NCBI GenBank assembly: GCA_002811645.1 | Contig: PDIP01000010.1 | Location: forward strand, 62,001 to 126,000 | DNA: 64,000 bases | Source of the DNA: Corallochytrium limacisporum Hawaii | Lineage: Eukaryota; Protista; Pluriformea | Direction: 5' to 3' | In this document: piece by piece, positions 20,267-31,096 of the stretch | How the letters are laid out: every line of letters starts with the position of its first letter | Position numbering within the stretch: position 1 is the stretch's first letter | Translations under genes and position numbers: made by a program | Notes under the pieces: generated by a model | The model's input: the letters and a program-made list of their open reading frames with translations, nothing else | Told to the model about the DNA's origin: nothing | Databases searched by the model: none

Positions 20267-21256
20267 TTACTTCTTAGGTCCCAAGAAGCGCTCTCCGGAG
20301 TCTTCCTTGTGCAAAATCACGTTGTCAAGTATGCGCACCTTCCCGAATGAAATGGCAGAAGAGAGCATAGCACCCTCCTCCGGCACATGTGAGACCTCGG
20401 CTAAACAGGACAGCCCCGACAGAGCCACATATTGGACACTAATTCCTTCTTGGCTTTGCAGAGTGTCTCTGACAATGGCCTTAATCTTCTCGGCATCTCG
20501 TTCACCCTCATTATAGGCCTTCTGCCCTGCGCAAAGCGACTTGTATAAGATCGGAGCAACCGCCCTCTGCTCAGGGGACAGATACACGTTTCGTGAGCTC
20601 ATCGCCAGGCCATCATGTTCGCGAGCTGTCGGTAAGACCACCACTTCCAAAGGCATGTGTAGATCCCTCACCATCTGTCGTACAACAACACATTGCTGTC
20701 CATCCTTCTGTCCAAAGTATGCATAGTCAGGCTGCACAATATTGAACAGCTTGCAGACCACAGTGGCCACACCAATGAAGAAATGCGGCCGTACAGATCC
20801 CTCGAGCTGCAATGACTTTCCCTTTACAGTCACAAACGTTCCGTTGTCATCATCCATGTCCGGGCTTGTATCAAAGTACATTTCACGGGCACTTGGCATG
20901 AATACACCGTCGACCTTTAGATTGCGCAGTTTTTCGAGGTCAGACTCTACTGGGCGCGGGTAAACGTCATAGTCTTCACCTTTAGCAAATTGTGACGGAT
21001 TTACGAATATTGAAGTGATTACACTTTTACATTCAGCCCTGGCAGCTCTTACCAATTCCAAGTGTCCCTCATGCAGTGATCCCATGGTCGGGACGAAACC
21101 AACTGGCGCTGGCAATGTCCTCCGCCATGTTCTCAGTGCAGCTACTGTCGGGAAGATTGGGGGGTTCTGTGGTGCTGACATTGTGGTCAGTCTTCTGTGG
21201 AGCCTTATTGCTGGCCTGCTCAGCCTGAACACGGGCTGTTTCAAGCTACATAGCAT
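20267..21256 (-). CDS. PAN6: Pantoate-beta-alanine ligase (pantothenate synthetase)
   Basis: GFVPTMGSLHEGH, SIFVNPSQF, AYFGQKDGQQ, REHDGLAMSSRN, RILDN. A 25-aa presequence-like extension precedes a second Met at 21181. Confidence 0.96.
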   Translation of the reverse strand: MLCSLKQPVFRLSRPAIRLHRRLTTMSAPQNPPIFPTVAALRTWRRTLPAPVGFVPTMGSLHEGHLELVRAARAECKSVITSIFVNPSQFAKGEDYDVYPRPVESDLEKLRNLKVDGVFMPSAREMYFDTSPDMDDDNGTFVTVKGKSLQLEGSVRPHFFIGVATVVCKLFNIVQPDYAYFGQKDGQQCVVVRQMVRDLHMPLEVVVLPTAREHDGLAMSSRNVYLSPEQRAVAPILYKSLCAGQKAYNEGERDAEKIKAIVRDTLQSQEGISVQYVALSGLSCLAEVSHVPEEGAMLSSAISFGKVRILDNVILHKEDSGERFLGPKK

Positions 21257-24200
21257 GATCTACATACCTGACTGATGCTCTATCTCACGTCTCAAACTGT
21301 CGCATTCCTGTCCTGCACTTGTATCAGGATTGTACCAGATCACTGTATCCACCTCCACGCCGATATGCTCAATATACCAGAAAGTTTGAGGGCACGCTGG
21401 TGGTCCAAGACGCACTGTCCTTGTTGCACAACCGAGAGACGTGTGCACGGCAGAGACTAGTCACCTTTGAGGTACGCCCGATCTCAGTGTTTGGTACTCT
21501 GGTTGCCAATGGTCCGTGCCCGCTAATCTAATAATGGATCGACTTCGACCCAAACAAATTGCAGCCCCTCGCAGCTCTCGCCCGCCCCAACAGTAATAAG
21601 CTCGAACATTGCGCACTTTCCCAGCAGTCGGGTTTACGAGGTTGAAGGTGTGAAAATATATTGATTTTATAGCACAGAGAAAACAAATCAATTTTACGAC
21701 GGCATTCGAATGCTCCACATGTAACACCTCTGACCACACTCTTTGATGCAGAAGGTTTATGACGTCCGGAGAGGAGCACGGGTGCATTCCATCGCTTCAT
21801 TTATTGATGTCAATCGGCGGCTGTAAGCACATGAGTTGACAGTGGACCCATGCTGCATGCCAGCTCGATTCGCTATCGTAGGCCTACGTATAACACCAAC
21901 ATCCATGTAACCGTCACCATGACCGCCGTTCCTGCATGTGTGAAGTGGTGAATTTTCTACATATGTCTGGGTAAGGCCAACAGTACAGATATATCGAAAG
22001 GGAGTCTGCGACCAACAGTGTCTGCAGCGGCGGTGTACGACGGTCACAAGTCGGAAAATTGTGCGAGGCCACAACATCAAACACTCTCTTCGAACCACAA
22101 ACCCCGTGATCTCTCTCTCTGATCCTTCGTCATTTCAGCACGCTCCTTGTTCAGACAGTGTCAACACACGTAGCCGTCGCACTTAATGAATTGTAATGCG
22201 ATCATTCAGGTGACACCCAACAGCGGAGAGAAGAAATTTTCCCAGTTTTCTTTTTGACGATTTTCATCGGCGCCAGAAGCAGGAGACTCCCTGTGACAAA
22301 TGGTGTGACAGTTTTGTCTCTCTCCTGCCATGCTGTTGAACAATAATCCGGTAGCGGTGTCGCACTGACTTGTTTTACTCTGTTTCCATCTGGGTACGGG
22401 GGACCTTCAAACCAAAGTTTCTTATATATCCCGTGCACTTTAGCTTTCCAGCACACAGATGGTCTTCAGTGCTACTGCCTACCACATACTGTGACCGGGT
22501 GGTGTATGGAACAGAATATGATGTAAACCCCCTGTCATTGGGTTCCTCCGGGTTTGCCGCTTAAGGTTAGTCGATGAGTTGTTCGAGCGGTTCTCAATAG
22601 TTTTCGCGATACAGTCCTCAAGATAAGCGATAGGTGATGCAATCCAACCTAGTTCGAATGAAGTGGTGTATGTTTGTGAGCTTGAGCCACTGTTTTGTGC
22701 CCGCACTTCTCTGATCGTGTGAGCGTCTGTGACCATCGCATTAACTTTTAACCGCTAGGTTCAAAGGAGCCGCTGGATGTGCTCTGCTTAGGGTGCCTTC
22801 CGTGAGAGACGCACATGCGCAGCCAAAGCTTGCGATCTCTACTTGCGAAATGCTTTGGATGGAGAGTGCCTTGCGCGCGGAGAGTTGCGTGTGAGAAACA
22901 TCAAGGGAGCAAACAAGCAGGAGGCTAGGCAGGATGAGACTGTTTCTGCAAACAGCCGCTGCATTGGTACTGTCATGGCATTGCTCCTTGGACACATTAC
23001 TCAGCCCACACTCTCACAACCATCTGGTGCCCTGTGAACGCTCCAAACATTGCTTTCGAGCATCGGTTCCTGATTTGCTTCGGGGTATTTGGTGTCCAGG
23101 TGGGTGGAACGAGTAGTGCTAAGGCCTGATGTATGTCTCCATGCATGCTGGACTCCTTGTACTCGATATTCTTCGTTACAAAGAGTGTTCCAACGAGCAT
23201 GTTCTCATGATCGGGGGCGTGTATTTCAAGATGCTTGTGTGAGTCTGTATGTGTTGGACATATTGTTTTCTTCTTGGAAGAAGACGAGAGTGAGGAATTG
23301 AGTCACAACTGATGGCCTTGAAATCCGCAGAACGGTGGTTCGAGCACGGAATAAACGCAGAGATTGGCACCAAAGTGGAGGACAGCGGGACATGTGCAAT
23401 GGCCACTCGCTACAAAACTAGATACCACATCCTTTGCCTACAGACTTCATTTATTTTAACTCCGCTTTGCGACAGGTCCTGTGTTGAGGAGTTCATACTC
23501 TTCTCTCTCACTCTGTTCTAGGCCTACGGGCTGACGGCATCCTTCTAGGGTTACGCTTCTGATAAATCCAAACACCGCAATCGTCTTACTTCCGTCTTTC
23601 AACAACAGTTCTGTTCAAGTTACTGCTCGGCATCTGGTCTTTGATTGCGGATATGCAATCAGCATCCATGGTGATGGCAGCCAGTTTCCTCAGTGTGGCG
23701 AATGAAAAGGAACATCATTCCGATACCAATAGTGATGTGTGCATCTGTGTGGGTCTGGGCGACTATGGGGTAGATTTGGGCTACCATTACGCGCAATGTC
23801 CCGTTTGGTGACGGTGATGATGTCGCTGATGCGAGGTGATTATGATATAGATCCGCAATTGCAGATCATAGCTATTAGCACATAATATCGCTTTGTTCCG
23901 CTCCTTGTCTTTGCGGGTAAAGCAGGAGGACTGTGCACCTGCTGCAGGCAGCAAAAATTTGCAGCCATGTCTTATGTCTTCGTCATGCTCCTGTTTGAGT
24001 ATAAGTTTGTAACCGGTACTCCGGTAATCTCTTCCCTCTTCACTTAGTCTCCTTGATGAGTTCCTCCGGTCCTCCCTCAGCCCTCCCTACTGCAATCATG
24101 GGACCCAGGGTTGAACATTGAGCTTGGCTCTCGTGTTTCAAAGCCCACACACTCTGTGGCCATTTTCGTTTCTCCTTGATTTTGTGTTGTGCATTCTCTT

Positions 24201-27200
24201 GCATACGTTTGTCACTTCAGAGTATTGAATGTATGGGATCCAAATCATCAATTGGACGGAAGCTAATGGGGAGATAAGACCTGTTCTTCAGCACTGCCTG
24301 TGGGCGGACTTCCGGACGCTGGCAGAGCGATAGTGCACGAAGGATAATCGAGTGCCACTTACTCTGTACGGCAGGGCAAGGGGTGGAATCTGTGTTTGTC
24401 CATCCCATCTTCGATTCATGTTTTTTGTAAGTGGTCGATCCCGTTTTTCGTTCCTGGTGGGTTTGCTTGCTGGTTCTTCTCGCTTTGTGTCAAAGAGGAC
24501 ACGCGGCCCTGCTTAGTGCAAGAGCTGGCTGCAACGTCGGTTGCCCGCTGATGTAACAGAGCGTGTAAGTTTTTTGTGCTGAATCATAAAGTGAGAAGTG
24601 GCCGGGTTTTTAGTGTCGGGGTAGTATGTAGTGAACTCCGAGCGTGCTTCCTGGTTTGTGAGATGGGAACCGCATTGTCGAAGAAGATTGGGGAGTACGA
24701 ATGCCTTAGAAGAAACTCGGGAACCTTCAGAAAAGCCACTCATATTTCTAGTACTGAAATCATAGACCCAACGCCAACGCTGGCATTGGCGTCGGCATGC
24801 ACGGGACAGAGACTTACGTTGGCAAGCAAACGAGAACACAGAATTGGCGAGAGGCAGTGTCAGAGACGATGTGATCACCCAGGGTGAATACTAAACAGGC
24901 GCACACTACACAAGGCAGTGCATAGAGAAGGTATCGAGGCTCTGTGTTTGCTTCCCATACGAACAACCAGGGTTCTCAAGAAGTTAACAGCCAGTAGATG
25001 TATGTAGCACGAGGGTATAATTACACAGTTGCAGATCAGTCTCAAATGATGTCAAAGGGGAGAGGCATACACACTTAGAAAATAGCAACGTTCCGGCGTC
25101 CGTGTATTGATGGTATCGAATGAGATGACACCCCAAAAACAACATGACGAATCATGCGTTGAAAATTGTTGGCGATCTCGAAAGGTGTGGAAAGGGATCA
25201 TCGCTCGCAATTCATTCGCACTTCATATGAACGAGCATCCATCGGCTGTTTGATGTGATCTGCGGTCTATCTTTTTGATGGATGTCCGTTGGATGCCTAA
25301 CCCATTCCTTGACACCACAACCAATCGGACTTCAACAAAATTGTGTAGAATACACCAAGCTCGGATCAATTTACCAGCCATAGTCCACACACTTTGAGTG
25401 AAGAGTGAGAAAGATGACGGCTCAGTGAGTTAAGTTTAGAATGATAAGCCCACTGTTATTGGTACCATCGGTATTAAAAAAATGATAAACCTCTCACCAC
25501 TGTTCAGAAGTATACTCGATTCCTCCCCTCTCCCCCTTCCTTCTCCCCTTGATGAAATCATTGCTCCCCATTCCCCAGTGGTGCTTTGTGTCCCTTGTTC
25601 CTAGGTGTTCCTCTCACTACCTGTTAACCCCCTCCAGAGCCAAAATACCCCAAAGCTAGAAAAACCTCGTCCTCGCTCTTTGGGTTTGCATGGTTCTTTG
25701 GATCTCGTAGCGTGCGTATGCATACTCTCTACACACACAATCCGTTGTGAGTAACTTGAGTTTGTTTTTAGCACCAGTGACTGGAACAGATCTTGACTCA
25801 GTCTTATCGTTTTTGATGCGAACGGGGTACATGTTTGTGTATGTAGGCTGCATGGTCGGAAAACAGGTCGGGATTGTGCCCTTTGCAAACCGGTCACATA
25901 CATACAAAACATTCTGCATCACGTTTTTCCTGGGTCACACACTCGCTCACACCACTCCTTTTGTTGTATTTGAGCACGGGGTCTACCGTGCACAAGGTTT
26001 GCATTCAAAGTCGGATACAGCAGAACATGGTAAGTGCGCATCAATGGTCTGAAGAAAGCAGACAAGTTCCCCTTCCGTAGCTCTGGTATATGGCACCGTA
26101 CCATGGTATAGCCCCAGCCTATCTCAAAATCCGTCTGCAGTCTATGCCAACAAAGAAAGTCGATCGATGATAACTGTCATGCATGCCACTTTGATGGATC
26201 TCAATTGTTTCTACTTCTGTGTTACTAAATTGTGTGTGTACCGTCTACACAATAGCACTGGTCGTTTCTGTCGCTTAGGACCTCACCTTTGTTCACACTG
26301 CATGGGTGTGGACGTATGTTTTCATATGTGTAGGCATGAGATGGGCGGAACGGGCCCTTCCTTCTCCCCCCCCCCCCCCCTCATTTTTCCACCCCCGTTT
26401 ACTGATATCCGATCGGCCCGTGTTGGCCCCAGGTACTCAAATATCTGTGTGCTGCACAGTGTCACGTACTCTGTACATGAACTGAATTCTACCAAGCATG
26501 AGCAGTGTAAGCCCGGCAGTCCACAACACGGGATACCATGCAGAGGAGCCAGAGCAGAAGCCAGTCACTAATGTTTTCTTTGTTATCGTCTGTGGCTCTA
26601 TCAACATTTAGGCGCAAGTAAACACTTAATTGCTGCTCCTCCAATCAGAAGGATGGTCGTGAACAATTTCAAGCTCAATCAACCAAGGGAGCGTAATACG
26701 ATCCTTAGGGTATTAACCGATGGTTGGCAATGCAGCTGGGGGTATTGATATGGATAGGCTGTTGTGGAGTTTTGTTATGTATCGCTCTTATAATGAATGG
26801 GTCATGCGATTCTTTGTTGATGGTAGTCCGGTTTCACATCAGTCAGGGCAATGTAACAGAGCAGATGAAGAAGTCACAACACACCGCACACGTGGAAACG
26901 GGGGAAAAGACAATGGGGCAACTTCCTGAGCTCTATCTCGAAGAAGGCAAAACTGACCGACGAGAGGGCGGGGTGTCGGCATGGAGAGTTCATAGTGAAA
27001 GTACTGAAAATTGCAGAGGTGGGAGGAAGAGAGGACGCAAGCAGGGCCTGCTCAGGCCACAAAGAATGGACAGCGGGGGAAAGGGATCACAGCTCCGGGC
27101 GGTATCATAGTGAACATGTTGAATATGTGGAGCCATAGACCATAAATTAATGGAAACATACGAGCGCGTGCTCTGCATGAAGTTTTAACGTTCTTCGCTC

Positions 27201-27605
27201 TACTTCCTACCGATTTTATTGCGTGCGATTTTCAGTACTCAATGCTAGCGCAAAATATTTGTAATTCATTTGGATTGCTGAAGGGTAGAATTAAGAAGAT
27301 CTGAGGCAACACCAACCCCACGGCCCAGAGGTAGAGAGGTTGGTGCCAAAAAAGCAGGCTACCAGGTACAACTCCCGTTGTTCCTGAACGCTACCACTCC
27401 CTATAAACAAGCGGTCACCGGGAGAGCGCTGACGCGTAGCTTCCGAAGCAAAGAGTCCCGCGACGGACCCCGGGGGGAGGGGGCGCTTTTTTCACTCTCC
27501 TTGCACACTGAGTGCAACCTTTTTGGCTCCTCCCCCCCTCCTCTTTCCCCCTTTCCTTTGGTTTTCCTCCCCTCCCCCCACCACCTCTGCGTGTGGCCCG
27601 CCCTC

Positions 27606-27835
27606 NNNNNNNNNNNNNNNNNNNNNNNNNNNNNNNNNNNNNNNNNNNNNNNNNNNNNNNNNNNNNNNNNNNNNNNNNNNNNNNNNNNNNNNNNNNNNNN
27701 NNNNNNNNNNNNNNNNNNNNNNNNNNNNNNNNNNNNNNNNNNNNNNNNNNNNNNNNNNNNNNNNNNNNNNNNNNNNNNNNNNNNNNNNNNNNNNNNNNNN
27801 NNNNNNNNNNNNNNNNNNNNNNNNNNNNNNNNNNN
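27606..27835. other. Assembly gap (230 N)
   Basis: N run following a C-rich tract. Confidence 0.95.
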
Positions 27836-29050
27836 CCCTTTTCCTCGCGGTGTCCTCCACGGTGGGACGGATGGTTTCTCCGAGCTTGAGATAGTTTCAG
27901 TTTTGCGTGTGCCGTGGACTTGCAAGATTGCCGGACAGCTTTTGCTGGTGGCGCGGAGTTTTGTGTGATCCCTCCCCAGATCAGCAAAGGTCAACCGCGA
28001 TCGAAACTTTGCCTGCAATACGTCAATTCATTTAATATAACACCGGTACCCCACCAACAGCGTGCGTAGAGTGAGAACGGGGCTACAAACGACGGTCGCT
28101 GAAGCAGTCGACAACAAAGCACGAGAGGAACGGTACAAGAGACGCCCCAGCTATCTGAGATGTCGTACATTCACCATATATTCTCGGTTAGAAATCTCCT
28201 ACGCGACCTATGTCCTCATAACTTTCCCGCTGCTGCCCGCAGGTTTGGTCTTCACCTAACATTGCTTCGCGCGTTTGCATCAATCCGTGGCGATTGAATA
28301 CTCAGTTTCATATATTTTCAACCGATTTTTTCATCGGGCGAAGCAAAATCGAGTGTCTGTCGCTGCCCCGATTACACTACACCCGAGCCGAGCGAAAGGA
28401 GAGGGAGCCCCTGGGGTGGAGGGGGAGGGGGAAGATCAAGAAATCGGGGACCGCCCCCTATGATTTCCGTACTGACATCGCCGGTGCTACGTGTGTGTGT
28501 GAAACAAGTTGCGTGAGTGCGTGTGTCTGTCCGCCCCGGGAAAGGGGGAGGGAAGGGGGGAGGACAGGAGGGTGTGCGCGAAAAGGGGGTGCTTTGTGAG
28601 AGTGTGTGTGCGCGCTGTGTGTGCGCTGTGTGTTGCTGTGTGCATTGGGACCGTCCAGAGTGTGTTTTTCGGGTCTAGAGGTGTTCACGGACGCCGATTT
28701 CAAGGAAACTTGCTTTGAAACAGTCCAACGACGACACATCAAAAGGGTGTCGAGTAGCGCCCCCGTAACTTAAGATGTTTTCGCACGTTGGCAAGCGACT
28801 CTGAGTGGCAGTGTTCTACGGATGGGCATAAGAGATGATGGGCTTAGGTACTTTATGGTATCCACTTACTTTGATCGTATGGTCAAAGAAAATATTTTCC
28901 AAAGTTTGAATCAGAGGACTGCGGGCGGTTCCATCTGACGTTGACAGCATAGCATACTCAAGTGTAATGGACCGCAGGTTCGGTAGTATCTGGGTTACAA
29001 GAATGACATTGTGCAGTACAGGACCGTAGATCGGGAGCTGTATACAACGC

Positions 29051-31096
29051 ATGTCAATGTTTCCAGACAACGATCCGGGGCAGCAGAAAGCCGAGGCCCA
29101 GAGTATGGATTACGAAAGAGACTCTCCAAATACACAAGCCACCGGGATGTTGAACTCTATTTTCATGGCAGCACCTGCAGCTGGTGGATCGGGCCAGACC
29201 TTTCCTTTCAATGGAAGTGGGGTCGATGCACCTGCGGGTAAGCCATTCAGTCCTTTAGAATTTAATAATGCCCTGATCCCTCCTCAGGCAGGCCGGCCTG
29301 GACCTGAGACTCCTGGTGTTAAGGGACACTCTCCATACGGAGGTATCGTGTGGTCCCACCCCTCACAGGTAAACGAAGCCCTTCACAGACGTTCCCAAGA
29401 AGTTGACATGGCCGCGGCAGCAGCTGTTGCTGCCGCTGCTGAGGCCCCTCAGCAGACTCGTCCCGCTGCAACGACCCAGGACCCTGGGAATCCTTTTGAA
29501 CAAGCGTTTGGAGCTGCTGCTAGGCATCCCATTCTGCCCCCACAGCCGGGTGCAGAGGCGCCTACTAGTCACCTGCCAATCGCGGCATCTGGAGGCCCCG
29601 TACCACCCTTCAATGAAAATTCTGGTGCCCCTCCTGGAAGTGCTGCCGGCCGTGCAACACGCCGATCCGACATCGCCAGTCATCCTGTCGAATATGGAAT
29701 TGGCATGGGAGTGCCTGCTGGAACTCGAGACCCCATTCGCCGCAGTGGTCGCTCTCTGACCATGGCCGATGTGCCGACTCCACAGCCTCAGACGTCCAGC
29801 CTGCAGCAGCGTCGACTGAGCGAGACTCAGGCGAACAATTTTGTGAAGCCACCGGATGCCCTGGTGATTCCACCAAAGAAGAGCCATGGTGATAGCACGG
29901 CGGACAACAACATGGTCGTGACGCCCAGCTGGCTTGGCGACACGTCTATCTTTAGCCCTTCGGCCTTGACTGCTATGGCAGGGTCAAAGTACAACCATAA
30001 TGTACTTGACCTTGCTGGTAAGGTTATGAATGAATTGACAACCATTATTGCTTCTGGTGATTCTTCTGGTAACGACGATGCTCAGAACATGCTTCAAGGC
30101 ATTGTCCAGGTCATCGACAACTCGAAGAAGAATCCCGACTGTGCTAGTCCATCCGCTCTGCGAGCCGCAGTCGCTGCTGCCAGTGTGCAAGATACTACTG
30201 CCATCTCGCTGGCGGGAACAAGCACAGCGCCTCTTCCGATTCCAGAGGCAGCTGCTGTTGCTGCATCCGAACCGCCTGCGCCGCAGGCTGTGGCTGCTCC
30301 AACTCAGCCTCAAGATGCGGAAATGCGTGAAGCAGCCGAGAGGGCCACCCCTGCGGCCCGTATAAGTCCTCAGGAGGACGAGGAGAATCTGCTGAGGAGA
30401 TCCTCTGGTGCGATTTCTGAGGCCATGCTGGCCATTCCCAAGGGCAAGCGTTCGGAGTTGGCTGTTGGTCGCACAGATTCAGATGATCGCGAAGTTGAGA
30501 GCGGAGGTGTGTCTGGCATCGGCACGCGCGAAATCAGTACTGACACGGACGGCAAATCCAATTCTGACGAAGAACGGACCCACGCTATCGAGGATGCTGC
30601 TGATGCGCTGGCGCATTCGATGGGCATGACTCTCGGGGCGACCGTGACTGAGAATGAGATACTGGCTCGTAAACTGAAGACGCGCAAAGAACGGCAGCAG
30701 CGCCGCCTCAAGCGTCGCATGCGAAATAGTGCCGAGTCGAACTCGCAGGCCATGTCTGTGACTGAGGAAGGTGACAATGCGCAGTCTGAGAACCCATCTC
30801 AGCAGGATCCAGGGTTGCTCAACGAGACACCGTCTGAGCAGAAGCGCAGAGAGCAGAGAGCGAAGAGTCGTGATGCAGCCAGTCGCTGGCGTGAGAACAA
30901 GCGATTCCAACTCCAAATCTTCAAAGAGGAAAATGGCATTCTCCTTGCAGAGAACGAGTCCCTCCATCTGGAGCGCCTTCGCCTGCGAAAGGAGATCATC
31001 CAGCTGAAGGAGATGCTCTTGGAACATCGCGAGTGCAATGTCACTAAAGGCCTTATCACAAAGGCCCGCAAAACCGGATCAACCATCAAACAGTAA
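29051..31096 (+). CDS. bZIP transcription factor, ATF2/Atf1-like C-terminus with atypical basic region
   Basis: Long low-complexity A/P/S-rich N-terminus; KRREQRAKSRDAASRWRENK followed by a leucine zipper ending LKEMLLEHRECNVT (resembles ATF2 LKQLLLAHKDCPVT). Confidence 0.85.
   Translation: MSMFPDNDPGQQKAEAQSMDYERDSPNTQATGMLNSIFMAAPAAGGSGQTFPFNGSGVDAPAGKPFSPLEFNNALIPPQAGRPGPETPGVKGHSPYGGIVWSHPSQVNEALHRRSQEVDMAAAAAVAAAAEAPQQTRPAATTQDPGNPFEQAFGAAARHPILPPQPGAEAPTSHLPIAASGGPVPPFNENSGAPPGSAAGRATRRSDIASHPVEYGIGMGVPAGTRDPIRRSGRSLTMADVPTPQPQTSSLQQRRLSETQANNFVKPPDALVIPPKKSHGDSTADNNMVVTPSWLGDTSIFSPSALTAMAGSKYNHNVLDLAGKVMNELTTIIASGDSSGNDDAQNMLQGIVQVIDNSKKNPDCASPSALRAAVAAASVQDTTAISLAGTSTAPLPIPEAAAVAASEPPAPQAVAAPTQPQDAEMREAAERATPAARISPQEDEENLLRRSSGAISEAMLAIPKGKRSELAVGRTDSDDREVESGGVSGIGTREISTDTDGKSNSDEERTHAIEDAADALAHSMGMTLGATVTENEILARKLKTRKERQQRRLKRRMRNSAESNSQAMSVTEEGDNAQSENPSQQDPGLLNETPSEQKRREQRAKSRDAASRWRENKRFQLQIFKEENGILLAENESLHLERLRLRKEIIQLKEMLLEHRECNVTKGLITKARKTGSTIKQ

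Noticed and set aside
23520-24120. Coding-looking fragments on the minus strand (possible pseudogene)
   Set aside because: Only short interrupted frames with no recognisable family.
27378-28018. Long ORFs spanning the 230-N gap
   Set aside because: Artefacts of translating through Ns.
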